Shown here piece by piece: positions 9,858 through 19,108 of a DNA stretch of 64,000 nucleotides. The stretch is from a virus (Duplodnaviria; Caudoviricetes): the IMG/VR virus record IMGVR_UViG_3300042445_001485. The stretch is one strand, 5' to 3'. The translations under genes were made by a program, and so were the position numbers. How positions within the stretch are numbered: position 1 is the first letter of the stretch; every line of letters starts with the position of its first letter. The notes below the pieces were generated by a model. That model was not told the DNA's origin, made no database searches, and was given only the letters and a program-made list of their open reading frames with translations.

Positions 9858-10085
9858 TCAAATGTAGAAGGTTGTTTCAAAACCCAAAGCATCGTACACA
9901 ATTTCACGAACCATTGTGTCTGTACACTCACCGTAACCGGACACCGTTTGCAATTTGCAAAGCAGATTATAAGTCTCTGGCCAATTAAGACTGTTGGTCC
10001 GAGCATGTTCTACAATGACAGCAACTTCTTTGTTACCGGCATCTGTGAACATACCAAAATACGGAACTGCATTTACTTCTGACAT
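9858..10085 (-). CDS. Small early hypothetical protein
   Basis: Start MSEVN follows the promoter at 10116-10144. Confidence 0.65.
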   Translation of the reverse strand: MSEVNAVPYFGMFTDAGNKEVAVIVEHARTNSLNWPETYNLLCKLQTVSGYGECTDTMVREIVYDALGFETTFYI

Positions 10086-10115
10086 TTCCAACCCCTTTTT
10101 AGTTTCTATACAAGT

Positions 10116-10144
10116 ATTATACAAAAGATGCCTTTTCGGGTCAA
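10116..10144 (-). promoter_or_regulatory. Sigma70-type early promoter
   Basis: TTGACC-N17-TATAAT followed by ACTTGTATAGAAACTAAAA. Confidence 0.85.
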
Positions 10145-10150
10145 CCGTGT

Positions 10151-10426
10151 TCAACGGCTCAAGTTCATAACACGGGCGTCAAATTCCATAAAGCTGACTT
10201 CGAATGGAACTAAAATTTCTTTGCCAACACGACCGTGTATTTGTTTACCCTCGGTGTCCTCGTCCCAAGAATCATATGTGACTTCAATTACAAAGGCATC
10301 ATATAATTTTGTGTCAATTCGTTTAACAACACCTTCTACAAAACAATCTTCACGGCCTTTCATAGGCTTGAAATCGTATGCACGGATTGTATCTCCAACT
10401 TTAGCAATGTTTGCGAACTTTAACAT
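10151..10426 (-). CDS. Small early hypothetical protein
   Basis: 91 aa ORF with AGGAG SD, downstream of a promoter. Confidence 0.7.
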   Translation of the reverse strand: MLKFANIAKVGDTIRAYDFKPMKGREDCFVEGVVKRIDTKLYDAFVIEVTYDSWDEDTEGKQIHGRVGKEILVPFEVSFMEFDARVMNLSR

Positions 10427-10458
10427 TTTGGCTCCTGTTTATTAGTTTCAATACATGT

Positions 10459-10487
10459 ATTGTAATATAGATGCCATTATGGGTCAA
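10459..10487 (-). promoter_or_regulatory. Sigma70-type early promoter
   Basis: TTGACC-N17-TACAAT followed by ACATGTATTGAAACTAA. Confidence 0.8.
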
Positions 10488-10575
10488 ATTCTGGGCAAAA
10501 TACTTGTTGTTTTTAGGCAACAAAAAAGTAATACTCTAGTACTACTTTTTTTAGGGTATTACAAAGTACTACTTT

Positions 10576-11826
10576 TTACGGCTTTTCGAACAGCCACAAA
10601 TCTTCAAAATTCCCGCCCCGGGTTTTCTTGGCCTGTCTACTACCTGCAATGGCACTCCATTGCACTTTGTAATGTTGCTTCAATGGCATGTGGCGTTGAA
10701 CCACGTGCATCATGTCTTGACTAATGGCAACTTCTTGTTTATCTTTGTTTCTGTAGTTGCTAATTACAAATGCAAAACGGCCACCGGATCGTAAAACCTC
10801 AACTGCAATTTTTACAGTTTCGTTCCAATAACCTTCTAACCAATCTTGGTAGTTGGGAAAGCTGGAGAGGCTTTGTTCCTCACCGGGATATATTTCCAAA
10901 TCATAGTAGGGCGGGCTAAACAACACCGCATCAACTGAGTTGGCATACCTCTCAACAAATTCGTGTCTTGTATCAAGTTGTTCGCTGGGACACAGATACA
11001 GGTCTACTGTCTTGGTATCCATTTCCCATATACCTCGGTCGCTGTATTTTTTCCATTCTTCATGTAACAATCGACCGTTTTCAACTACCTCGGGAATTAC
11101 ATCCGTGGCAATCAGGTGCGTAAACTTACTGCTATAGAAACCAATTTGGTAAGCGTTCCACCCCATGCATGGAGCAAATAGTGTTTCACCTTCAAACAGT
11201 TCATCCACAATGCCACGATAAGTTGCAGGATTAAAAATACTGGCTCTGTTACAGCCAATCATAAAGTCTACCCACACTTGGTTGTAGTTCCCATCTATCT
11301 TGCAGATATGATCAAAGAACGCAGGTGCCGCTAGACTGTTGCGTATTTTAAAGTCCTCAAACATGGTCTTTAATAGGCCAAATGTGTACTCAAAATCGTT
11401 TGAATACAGCTTCTTGGTATTAAAGAAACTGTTGAAGTTGATGTTCTTGCACACACGACCGTATTTACTATTGGTACGACCAGCAAAAGTATTATCTACT
11501 AAAATGTCGGCGTCAGGTATATCAAAGTAAAAATCCAAGGGCTCTTTTAGGTCTGCTGTTTTGTTAAACCATTCTGCCAATGCCACCTCAGGCTCTTCAA
11601 CCAACATCTTGTACAGTTTGCGTTTATAAAGATCTAGTCGAGCTTCTCGATCGTCTCGCTTGGCCACCCGTTTGATAAAGGTATCCAAGTCACTACGCAC
11701 CACAAAGTTGCCAGACCGGTCACTGCCATTTAACACAGACACTTGGCGACTAAAGTCCTCAAATGTGGTATCGTGTTTGAAATCAAATAAGGATAAAAAG
11801 TGTTCTAGTGTATATGTCATGGTCAC
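10576..11826 (-). CDS. Putative amino-methyltransferase (N4-mC/N6-mA DNA MTase-like)
   Basis: SAM-binding-like LFAPCMGWNAY, LIATD, catalytic FSPPYYDLEIY, then LRSGGRFAFVISNY. Confidence 0.65.
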   Translation of the reverse strand: MTMTYTLEHFLSLFDFKHDTTFEDFSRQVSVLNGSDRSGNFVVRSDLDTFIKRVAKRDDREARLDLYKRKLYKMLVEEPEVALAEWFNKTADLKEPLDFYFDIPDADILVDNTFAGRTNSKYGRVCKNINFNSFFNTKKLYSNDFEYTFGLLKTMFEDFKIRNSLAAPAFFDHICKIDGNYNQVWVDFMIGCNRASIFNPATYRGIVDELFEGETLFAPCMGWNAYQIGFYSSKFTHLIATDVIPEVVENGRLLHEEWKKYSDRGIWEMDTKTVDLYLCPSEQLDTRHEFVERYANSVDAVLFSPPYYDLEIYPGEEQSLSSFPNYQDWLEGYWNETVKIAVEVLRSGGRFAFVISNYRNKDKQEVAISQDMMHVVQRHMPLKQHYKVQWSAIAGSRQAKKTRGGNFEDLWLFEKP

Positions 11827-11827
11827 G

Positions 11828-11834
11828 TATTTAT
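11828..11834 (-). promoter_or_regulatory. T4-late-like promoter motif ATAAATA
   Basis: ATAAATA just upstream of the MTase start. The same motif precedes genes at 13680, 28597, 47244, 55848, 58390 and 61424. Confidence 0.5.
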
Positions 11835-11835
11835 G

Positions 11836-12408
11836 TCAAGCTCTAACAACGGTACAATTACTGATGGTGGTAGTTGTTGATTTGGCGATATTACTGCGTA
11901 AAATGGATTCAGGAATAGATATTACATCTCGCTTCATGTACTTTTTATCTTGAGCACACCTCTGTTCCCATTCTGTTCGTTCTTTTAACAAATGTGCCTG
12001 CAATAGTGTTACATTAACGGGGTCACTAATGTCGTACAATTTAACAACTTCTAGCGTTACTTTGTCACGACATACCAAAATGTATCTGGGATAGATTAAA
12101 TCTCCCATGGCATGGAACTGAAATGCGGCTTCTGGATACTCACCAGACCGTTTCTTCTTTTCGATCCTACTGCATTTTTGCTCGATCATAACACCATTGG
12201 ATTCGGCATCTTCACCGTTACGGGCAAAGTTGATATTGTAATTGACATCGTATTGTTTGACAATTTGATATACAGCCAAGGAACTCAGGGTGTCAGTGTC
12301 TAGTACATCAATGCGGTGCTTACGGAAAATCTCTTCTCGTTCAGCAAAAATACGCTTACGCGATTCGTCTAATTCTTCTAATAGGTCTTTGTCAAGATAC
12401 CGGGCCAT
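11836..12408 (-). CDS. Hypothetical protein, possible PD-(D/E)XK endonuclease
   Basis: GEDAESNGVMIEQKC has D...ExK spacing; adjacent to the MTase. Confidence 0.45.
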   Translation of the reverse strand: MARYLDKDLLEELDESRKRIFAEREEIFRKHRIDVLDTDTLSSLAVYQIVKQYDVNYNINFARNGEDAESNGVMIEQKCSRIEKKKRSGEYPEAAFQFHAMGDLIYPRYILVCRDKVTLEVVKLYDISDPVNVTLLQAHLLKERTEWEQRCAQDKKYMKRDVISIPESILRSNIAKSTTTTISNCTVVRA

Positions 12409-12947
12409 TATTCAACTCCAAATAATTTAAAATGTTTTTCCAAGTTCCAGTTGGATGTATCGACTTCGATGCTGTTGTGTGTCTCAAAATTGGATTGTAA
12501 AATTTTATAACGATCAAAAAAGTTCCATACACTTGGTGTAGTAGATACAAGTCCTGCCTGTCTTAATGCACGATCGCCAGCATTGCTAATTTGACAAGTA
12601 GGCATGTTCATTGCCTGCACAGGAGTAAGTACTCCTGCTATCAGCATGTCTCTGATACGACTTGCTGGAACCACATGTTCAAAGATACCTTTTTCTTTTA
12701 ATCCAATTTGGTGATAGTGGGCTCCTATACTGCCTTGTATGGCATAGCCGTGGTACCTACGCAACCAATGGTCGATGGCATCTCGCACCAATCTTAGAGT
12801 TTGAGTGCCACCACCTGCATGATACATAACAACTAGTCTTTCTAGTTCACTGACGGTGATGGTTTCACTTTCAGCGTAACTGTCGGCACCACGGCTTACC
12901 CGTGTGTAGTTTGCAGGCTCGAAATTTTCAATCAACTGTTTAAGCAT
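12408..12947 (-). CDS. Hypothetical protein with HNH-like EHVVP motif
   Basis: IFEHVVPASR motif; translationally coupled to the downstream gene. Confidence 0.45.
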   Translation of the reverse strand: MLKQLIENFEPANYTRVSRGADSYAESETITVSELERLVVMYHAGGGTQTLRLVRDAIDHWLRRYHGYAIQGSIGAHYHQIGLKEKGIFEHVVPASRIRDMLIAGVLTPVQAMNMPTCQISNAGDRALRQAGLVSTTPSVWNFFDRYKILQSNFETHNSIEVDTSNWNLEKHFKLFGVE

Positions 12948-12979
12948 AATACCAATGGTTAGTTATTCAAACAGTTTGT

Positions 12980-13008
12980 ATTATACACGAATTGTTGGGA
13001 TTTGTCAA
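12980..13008 (-). promoter_or_regulatory. Sigma70-type promoter
   Basis: TTGACA-N17-TATAAT. Confidence 0.85.
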
Positions 13009-13015
13009 TTGATAC

Positions 13016-13387
13016 CTAAGTATTACTTTGTAAGTTGTCTAGGTATTGTGCAAGATCTCCGGCGTGTAACTGTAACATGACAGCATCAGTTTCGCTGGCA
13101 ACTATGAGATGTGTTAGATTTCGAATATAGTAAGGTTCTTGTAACAATCGTTCCAACTGTAGCAAGTGTTTGGTACCAATCTTATGAGATAACTTTACTT
13201 CGTGGTAAGGCCATTGGCTATGACGGGTAGTCCATAGATATCCGGTACTAGTTAATCGCATACTGTTGTGATTGGTAGGATTAAACCACCATTGATATTT
13301 TACACCTGTAAAACGCTCAACAGGATATCCGGCCGCGATAATAAATCGTTCTTGGAATTCCTGTTGTTTATGGGTAGATGCGTTCAC
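13016..13387 (-). CDS. Hypothetical protein
   Basis: 123 aa ORF in an operon. Confidence 0.7.
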   Translation of the reverse strand: MNASTHKQQEFQERFIIAAGYPVERFTGVKYQWWFNPTNHNSMRLTSTGYLWTTRHSQWPYHEVKLSHKIGTKHLLQLERLLQEPYYIRNLTHLIVASETDAVMLQLHAGDLAQYLDNLQSNT

Positions 13388-13655
13388 CTTCTTTTAACAA
13401 GACCACGGTGAACTTGTCGGTCTTGAACAGCACATTGAGTTTTTTACACAGGTTAATGGCATGACCTGAATTAGAAAAACTGACTTTTTTATATTTTGGT
13501 CCAGGGTATGCCACTAGTATATTATGAGTCTTTAGATTGATAGGCTTACCTTCGTAATGAACTGCCCAAATTCCGTCGCTGGCCAGCACTTGGTCTGCTT
13601 TATATGTTGTTTTATTAACATGCTCAACGAGCACGGTTGGCTTGGGTCTCGACAT
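13368..13655 (-). CDS. Hypothetical protein
   Basis: 95 aa ORF with an ATAAATA motif at 13680-13686 upstream. Confidence 0.75.
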   Translation of the reverse strand: MSRPKPTVLVEHVNKTTYKADQVLASDGIWAVHYEGKPINLKTHNILVAYPGPKYKKVSFSNSGHAINLCKKLNVLFKTDKFTVVLLKEGERIYP

Positions 13656-13703
13656 TTTTCAATTATTCCTTGATACTATTATTTATCTCAATAACTATGT
13701 AGT

Positions 13704-13922
13704 TTATTTGAAACCACCACCATCCATACTGATTTGAACAATTTGTTCTCCACCTGCTTCTAATTTGGCTGTCATTTCTGTTACCAATGCCAAAACAGCA
13801 AATATATCAGCATGAAGACTTCTTGCATCTTGTGCAGATAATACCAAATCTCTGCTGTGCGTTTGGTTCATTGCTTTAACTCGATCGTTAAAGTTTTTAA
13901 TGTGAATACTAACATTATCCAT
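13704..13922 (-). CDS. Hypothetical protein
   Basis: 72 aa ORF overlapping the upstream stop. Confidence 0.7.
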   Translation of the reverse strand: MDNVSIHIKNFNDRVKAMNQTHSRDLVLSAQDARSLHADIFAVLALVTEMTAKLEAGGEQIVQISMDGGGFK

Positions 13923-14373
13923 TTTGTTTCTCCTGTGCTTCTTGGGCTGTCTTAAACGGTCCCGTGTACTCGTATCTGTTTAGGGTAATTAATTTTGGGC
14001 AAAACTCTGAGACCCAATTGTTACTGTATTTGACAAGATAGTACCCACCACAAAAATAACTACGGCTCTTTGCGGACTTAGAAAAGATTGGCAACTTTCT
14101 GGCCACATCATATACTTGGTTATAACTCTTAGCAGTACATGGATAACCATATACATCATTGGTTGTTTCTGTTTTCAACTTGGATGTTTTATCAAATTTA
14201 ATGTTGTATTTTTTACTCAACATCTTGATGTTAGAAAACTTTTCTCTTTGTTGATCGTGTACATAAACAAAGCCACCTTCTTCAATGGCCTGTATGGTGG
14301 CCACCTTGTTTCCTGAATTTTCTACAATCCAGTATTTGTTTTTGACCACGGGTCTTGCGATTGTTTCACTCAT
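13915..14373 (-). CDS. Hypothetical protein
   Basis: 152 aa ORF in a packed operon. Confidence 0.75.
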   Translation of the reverse strand: MSETIARPVVKNKYWIVENSGNKVATIQAIEEGGFVYVHDQQREKFSNIKMLSKKYNIKFDKTSKLKTETTNDVYGYPCTAKSYNQVYDVARKLPIFSKSAKSRSYFCGGYYLVKYSNNWVSEFCPKLITLNRYEYTGPFKTAQEAQEKQNG

Positions 14374-14683
14374 GTTGTTGTTTCATCCTATGCATTGTAA
14401 TAATTTTACCCAACTCCTTGTCAAAGTCTTCTACACCGTCGGGGATAATGTAGAGATCTTCACGCTCGTAGTTACTGATTGAAATAGAGCCAAGAGTGTT
14501 TTCTCTGCGACTGTCATCAGTGACAGTGATGATACTGCCACCGTTAGCTGATGTGATTTTGAATGTTATGCCTGGTAAGTTCATTTTATTTGTTGAGTTG
14601 AATGTAAGTCCGCCTATGGGAACGGCACCGTAACCGCTTTGCATGCCTTGGCCTTGGAACACGTAGTTGCCACTACTACTCAT
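14366..14683 (-). CDS. Hypothetical protein
   Basis: 105 aa ORF with ATGA overlap. Confidence 0.7.
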   Translation of the reverse strand: MSSSGNYVFQGQGMQSGYGAVPIGGLTFNSTNKMNLPGITFKITSANGGSIITVTDDSRRENTLGSISISNYEREDLYIIPDGVEDFDKELGKIITMHRMKQQHE

Positions 14684-14943
14684 GCTTTCATTAATTCCAT
14701 GGCCACAATTTCCCCAATGCGACGAGCAACATCTTCGTCATCGTGTATCACATGCACAATCTCATTGTTGCGATCCTTTTGACGATCATAGTGTTTTGTG
14801 GTTACCACAATACCGCCTCGAGCAGGAGTGATACTGAGTCTAATGGGTGTATCAAACTCACTGCTGGCTATAGTAGTGTCTTGACGAACCTTAACGGCAT
14901 CATCATTGTGTAACCAATTTCTAAACCAATTCCTAAAACTCAT
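14680..14943 (-). CDS. Hypothetical protein
   Basis: 87 aa ORF; resembles its neighbour in a short beta-rich segment (ITITPARGG vs FKITSANGG). Confidence 0.7.
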   Translation of the reverse strand: MSFRNWFRNWLHNDDAVKVRQDTTIASSEFDTPIRLSITPARGGIVVTTKHYDRQKDRNNEIVHVIHDDEDVARRIGEIVAMELMKA

Positions 14944-15104
14944 ACTTGATCCTTTTTATTTAAATCACAATCACAGGGCAGTCGTCCCTGTTGACAATTG
15001 CCCGAACACCCCGGTCCTGATTTTACCACGGCCATGTAGTATACCCAAACAAAAAATACTGAAATTGAAACAATCATAAAAATTAAATCCCAATCTGGCA
15101 TCAT
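14940..15104 (-). CDS. Small membrane protein with Cys-rich tail (not in the ORF track)
   Basis: MMPDWDLIFMIVSISVFFVWVYYMAVVKSGPGCSGNCQQGRLPCDCDLNKKDQV; ATGA overlaps at both ends. Confidence 0.6.
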   Translation of the reverse strand: MMPDWDLIFMIVSISVFFVWVYYMAVVKSGPGCSGNCQQGRLPCDCDLNKKDQV

Positions 15105-15466
15105 GATTTTTCTTCCTCTACTAGTGCGGTAACAACTTGAAGTCGATCCTCAGCTTGTTGTAAATGTGCCACAGCGTCGGCCACAGCCGGATGTTTTTCA
15201 GCCAACTCTTTAAGACGCAACTCTTTGTGCATTTTCTCTTCGGCCCACATGATAGCACTAACAGCATTGTCAGTCATACTGACCATGGCCTGACCATTAC
15301 CGCCGATGCCATGCCAAGTAGTCCCATCATAAACTTCAAGGTGTCCGTTATTGTAGCGTACTATACCAGCACTGGGCATGGTGGCAGGAATATACGGAGT
15401 ATTGTAACTTGTACCAGTTCCTTCAATCTGTAAGAAAGGACCGTTGGCATAGATGTTTTTAATCAT
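15101..15466 (-). CDS. Hypothetical protein
   Basis: 121 aa ORF with a C-terminal coiled coil. Confidence 0.7.
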   Translation of the reverse strand: MIKNIYANGPFLQIEGTGTSYNTPYIPATMPSAGIVRYNNGHLEVYDGTTWHGIGGNGQAMVSMTDNAVSAIMWAEEKMHKELRLKELAEKHPAVADAVAHLQQAEDRLQVVTALVEEEKS

Positions 15467-15689
15467 ACTTTAATCTATCAAATGTTAGCTCGTAATCGTA
15501 TACATGCGCCACAGGCCGGAGCCAACCATGACCAATACATTCCTGAATCAAACTGCGATAATTTTCCGGACATCGTTGACTAATCTCAATGGCGGCTCTA
15601 GGAACCATGACTATATCGTCATGCAACATGAAATCAGCATCATTATGCCGTATGGTACGCAGACAACTCTGGTGTGTAGTAAAAGACAT
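15459..15689 (-). CDS. Hypothetical protein
   Basis: 76 aa ORF in an operon. Confidence 0.65.
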   Translation of the reverse strand: MSFTTHQSCLRTIRHNDADFMLHDDIVMVPRAAIEISQRCPENYRSLIQECIGHGWLRPVAHVYDYELTFDRLKYD

Positions 15690-15692
15690 TTG

Positions 15693-16277
15693 TTAGCCTA
15701 AACCTGCTACCGATTGTTTCTCTACATTTGCTACCGATTGTTTCCATAGACGCTCTTCGAAACTGTCTGTGTCTTGCGGTTTATCCATTGCTTGTTTTAG
15801 TATCAGTTCAACATATTGGTTAAGAGTAATGTCGCGATCATGTGCTTGCTTCATCATCTCAAACACCAACTCATCCTCTAAATCCAACGGAACATCTACA
15901 CGACTATCATAGTCTAGACCGGCCACAATGGCCTGGGCTTTGTCCAACCAGTCTGCGTCTGTTTCTAGATCAACATAGTCAACATCGTCCCATGCTTCTC
16001 GACGACTAACACCACGCCGCTTGGCTTCTTTTTTGTTGGCTTTGGCATAGTCTGCATTGATCAACCTATATGCTCTATTGTTGACATAGTCGTGTGCTTG
16101 CACTTCGTATACTGCCTGTGTATCAGTATCGAACACAATACTAAAACTATGACCATCTGGCTCACCATTCCATGAATCCAACATGTAGGCATTGGATCCG
16201 TAACATTGCCATCCATACTCACTACCTTCGGTGATACGGTAGTTTACAGTTTCCATAAATTGTTTAAGAGAGATCAT
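15693..16277 (-). CDS. Hypothetical protein, possible C-terminal ribbon-helix-helix
   Basis: 194 aa; the segment VPLDLEDELVFEMMKQAHDRDITLNQYVELIL is RHH-like. Confidence 0.65.
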   Translation of the reverse strand: MISLKQFMETVNYRITEGSEYGWQCYGSNAYMLDSWNGEPDGHSFSIVFDTDTQAVYEVQAHDYVNNRAYRLINADYAKANKKEAKRRGVSRREAWDDVDYVDLETDADWLDKAQAIVAGLDYDSRVDVPLDLEDELVFEMMKQAHDRDITLNQYVELILKQAMDKPQDTDSFEERLWKQSVANVEKQSVAGLG

Positions 16278-16434
16278 TGTTTGTTTCCTTGCGTTGATTT
16301 ACTACAATTTCAAGCCATCCCACTACAGCAATTAGCCATCCTGTGTTACCTAGCTGATCCCAAGTTGCCACAACCATAATAATAGACATTATTAAAATTG
16401 CAATTGATACTATTTCTTTAACTGTTTTCATCAT
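16264..16434 (-). CDS. Small two-TM membrane protein
   Basis: Start MMKTVK; two hydrophobic segments. Confidence 0.55.
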   Translation of the reverse strand: MMKTVKEIVSIAILIMSIIMVVATWDQLGNTGWLIAVVGWLEIVVNQRKETNNDLS

Positions 16435-16831
16435 TGTTCTTTCTGCCGCTATGGGCTTCACATACTGTTTTAATCCAACCACCACCCGTACTCTTACCAG
16501 GGTTACCGCATGTTTCGCAAGTAACACCCGACATAGATTGTGCCATACTAACAAGTCCGTCAATGTAGTCATCACCACCTGTGTAGTAAAAACGTAGTGT
16601 ACCAAACTTTTCTTTAACTTGATCTACAGTTACCTGTGTTACAATCTCACCTTTTCTATTCCGCCAATCAATGTGATGTTGTATATTGCCCATGAGTTGA
16701 TCAATGATATTGTACCAACCATCGCCACATTCAAATCCCCAATACATGGTGGTTTCCATCATGCTCTTGTTACGATTCACCATCATCTTGGGATACTTCT
16801 CACATAACAATGCGTCTAGTTCCAATTTCAT
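16418..16831 (-). CDS. Hypothetical phage protein
   Basis: 137 aa; GFECGDGW, QVKEKFGTLRFY and TCETCG motifs. Confidence 0.75.
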   Translation of the reverse strand: MKLELDALLCEKYPKMMVNRNKSMMETTMYWGFECGDGWYNIIDQLMGNIQHHIDWRNRKGEIVTQVTVDQVKEKFGTLRFYYTGGDDYIDGLVSMAQSMSGVTCETCGNPGKSTGGGWIKTVCEAHSGRKNNDENS

Positions 16832-17103
16832 TCTTCAACTCCGAAATGTTCTTTCATCTTCTTATCTTCCGCCAAGGCGCCAAAGATAATAGATGCAAAT
16901 GTCCAACATACTAATGCAGGTATCATTAACATGAACATTACTGCTAATCTTATGCCTCCTTCGCCGTCTGAGTATTTTAACCCAGTCCATGTTGTATTAG
17001 TCCAAAACCAATAAAACATATCAATAAATGATACCAAAAGGGGTGAGGCAAATAACAATGTAAATGCTGACAATATTGTGGCTAATAGTTTCCAAATCAT
17101 CAT
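16828..17103 (-). CDS. Membrane protein ending in the array junction (HFGVEE)
   Basis: Two hydrophobic helices; C-terminus KEHFGVEE encoded by the shared junction block. Confidence 0.7.
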   Translation of the reverse strand: MMIWKLLATILSAFTLLFASPLLVSFIDMFYWFWTNTTWTGLKYSDGEGGIRLAVMFMLMIPALVCWTFASIIFGALAEDKKMKEHFGVEE

Positions 17104-17312
17104 TCAACTCCAAAATGCGCTTTAATATGTTCATCAGGGGGCATATGATATTGATTATGATTTTTATACCAGTCAGCAGTGACCTCGGTACATTCCCGAA
17201 CAATCAACTCGGCGAACTTTTCTAATTCTTGTGACAATGAATTTCCATAGCGGTCTTGGTGTCCATTTTCAAAGCCGGCCTGTTCAGCAAGTTCTATGAT
17301 TCGTTCGTTCAT
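17100..17312 (-). CDS. MNERI-family array paralog
   Basis: MNERIIELAEQA...EKFAELIVREC...HFGVE. Confidence 0.85.
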   Translation of the reverse strand: MNERIIELAEQAGFENGHQDRYGNSLSQELEKFAELIVRECTEVTADWYKNHNQYHMPPDEHIKAHFGVE

Positions 17313-17608
17313 AGTTCAACTCCGAAATGATGTACAATTTCATTTACGATGGCATCTTCATCGGGAGCAAATCTACATTGTCTGACAATATCACAACATT
17401 CTTTCACAATCAACTCGGCGAACTTTTCCTGGTCTAATGCTTTGATTTCTGTATATCCACCATCAGTATATCCAACAACTTTTTGAGCCTGTAGAGCAAG
17501 TTGTTTAATCCGTTCGTTCATATCTTTTCGTCCTTTATGTACAACAGTGGCAGAATCCTGAATAGCATCAACTAGTATCTTGTGTTCGTCTGGTGTAAGT
17601 TCATTCAT
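17309..17608 (-). CDS. MNERI-family array paralog with a 29 aa N-terminal extension (internal start 17521)
   Basis: MNELTP...MNERIKQLALQA...EKFAELIVKEC...HHFGVEL. Confidence 0.8.
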   Translation of the reverse strand: MNELTPDEHKILVDAIQDSATVVHKGRKDMNERIKQLALQAQKVVGYTDGGYTEIKALDQEKFAELIVKECCDIVRQCRFAPDEDAIVNEIVHHFGVEL

Positions 17609-17865
17609 TCTTCAACTCCGAAACGATATGAGATATCTTCGTAAATAGTTTCTGCCCGTTTATCTGCCGCGGCACTTTCATCCGAGTAACTATAATTGTA
17701 TTCTCCTGCTGGACCGTAAGTATTTGACTTAACAATGCCCAAACATTCCCGCACAATCAACTCGGCGAACTTTTGTTCATCGAAGTCAGCTACCAACAGC
17801 TCACCATTTACTCCGTAAGTTTCAATTCGGCACGGTTCAGCAAGTTCTTTAATTCGTTCATTCAT
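17605..17865 (-). CDS. MNERI-family array paralog
   Basis: MNERIKELAE...QKFAELIVREC...RFGVEE. Confidence 0.85.
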   Translation of the reverse strand: MNERIKELAEPCRIETYGVNGELLVADFDEQKFAELIVRECLGIVKSNTYGPAGEYNYSYSDESAAADKRAETIYEDISYRFGVEE

Positions 17866-18113
17866 TCTTTAACTCCAAAATGTTTTCTAATCTTTCTAAC
17901 CGTATCCTTGTCATGTTCTTTCAACGCACGAACTCGTTCATTGGCAAATGGCTCATGTGGATTTAGTATCATGTACCGTTGATCCACAAACAAGTCGGCA
18001 CATTCTTTCACAATCAACTCGGCGAACTGTTCTACATCGAGTTCTCCATTGGAATACCCACTGGTTCCTAGTGTAAATGCCTGATCATAAAGTTCTTGCA
18101 TTCGTTCGTTCAT
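17862..18113 (-). CDS. MNERI-family array paralog
   Basis: MNERMQEL...EQFAELIVKEC...KHFGVKE. Confidence 0.85.
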   Translation of the reverse strand: MNERMQELYDQAFTLGTSGYSNGELDVEQFAELIVKECADLFVDQRYMILNPHEPFANERVRALKEHDKDTVRKIRKHFGVKE

Positions 18114-18331
18114 AGTTCAACTCCGAAAAAATGTCGCTTGACTGTAGCAAAATCTGGCCAGGGTTGATCGTCTAGTGTGGCATTAAGAATGTAAGCATAT
18201 ACTTCAACTAATACCAACTCAGCGAATTTCAAGTCCACAAATTGTTGATAATGGTCCAGTTTAAGTCCAGCGTTAACGCCGTCAACATAGTCCGTGGCCT
18301 GTTGTTTAAGTTCTTTAATTCGTGTGGTCAT
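18110..18331 (-). CDS. MNERI-family array paralog (divergent)
   Basis: MTTRIKELKQQA...LKFAELVLVEV...HFFGVEL. Confidence 0.8.
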   Translation of the reverse strand: MTTRIKELKQQATDYVDGVNAGLKLDHYQQFVDLKFAELVLVEVYAYILNATLDDQPWPDFATVKRHFFGVEL

Positions 18332-18423
18332 TTCTCTAACCCTTTAACAAAAAGACTGCCTACTATTGCCAACAGGAATAACATTCCAAGAGCAATAGCA
18401 TAAACTATTAAAAATTCAATCAT
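18328..18423 (-). CDS. 31 aa membrane peptide (not in the ORF track)
   Basis: MIEFLIVYAIALGMLFLLAIVGSLFVKGLEK; ATGA overlaps at both ends and a GGAG SD. Confidence 0.6.
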   Translation of the reverse strand: MIEFLIVYAIALGMLFLLAIVGSLFVKGLEK

Positions 18424-18551
18424 TCTTCAACTCCTTTAGTACAAGAGATTTTATCTGGGCTGTACATCAGCACAAAGTTACCAACATTCAATGTGCCCAG
18501 CACAGCCAGCAACACTACAAATCCACCAACCACGGCAAACAGTGTCTTCAT
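18420..18551 (-). CDS. 43 aa membrane peptide ending in GVEE (not in the ORF track)
   Basis: MKTLFAVVGGFVVLLAVLGTLNVGNFVLMYSPDKISCTKGVEE. Confidence 0.65.
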   Translation of the reverse strand: MKTLFAVVGGFVVLLAVLGTLNVGNFVLMYSPDKISCTKGVEE

Positions 18552-18748
18552 TCTTTAACTCCGAAATGTTGTTTAATATCATTTACTGCACTGCGAGCAT
18601 CATAATGATTACCTGCAAGTTCAATACAATCTGCCACAAGCAACTGGGCGAACTTGTTCAGTTCATATCCTGTAACATCTTTCAGTACAGTCCCGTCTTT
18701 GTTAAAGACCTCAGACTGGATCAACAGTTGTTTAATTCGTTCGTTCAT
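18548..18748 (-). CDS. MNERI-family array paralog
   Basis: MNERIKQL...NKFAQLLVADC...QHFGVKE. Confidence 0.85.
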   Translation of the reverse strand: MNERIKQLLIQSEVFNKDGTVLKDVTGYELNKFAQLLVADCIELAGNHYDARSAVNDIKQHFGVKE

Positions 18749-18981
18749 TCTTCAACTCCGAAATGTTTAAAAATTTTTGAACAGCACCAATCGCCATCGG
18801 CTTTCTCTCGGTCAATGATTTCTTCAACACATTCCCGCACAATCAACTCGGCGAACTTTTCGTTATACACTTCCCCAAACTTGATGGCATAATCTTCATC
18901 ACTTAAATCAAGGTAATCTATCATTAAGGTATTGGCGTATTTTGTAGCCTCTACAGCAAGTTCTTTAATTAGTTCGTTCAT
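18745..18981 (-). CDS. MNERI-family array paralog
   Basis: MNELIKELA...EKFAELIVREC...KHFGVEE. Confidence 0.85.
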   Translation of the reverse strand: MNELIKELAVEATKYANTLMIDYLDLSDEDYAIKFGEVYNEKFAELIVRECVEEIIDREKADGDWCCSKIFKHFGVEE

Positions 18982-19108
18982 TCTTCAACTCCTCACTCAA
19001 TTCTTCGATTCGTTCTGCCGCCATCAACAACAGCATCTGGAGGGCAATATTATCAGCCACGCTTTTGGCCGCTGTCTTCATTGTTTCTGATAATTCATAG
19101 TCTGTCAT
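18965..19108 (-). CDS. 47 aa hypothetical peptide reading the junction in another frame (not in the ORF track)
   Basis: MTDYELSETMKTAAKSVADNIALQMLLLMAAERIEELSEELKNERTN. Confidence 0.55.
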   Translation of the reverse strand: MTDYELSETMKTAAKSVADNIALQMLLLMAAERIEELSEELKNERTN

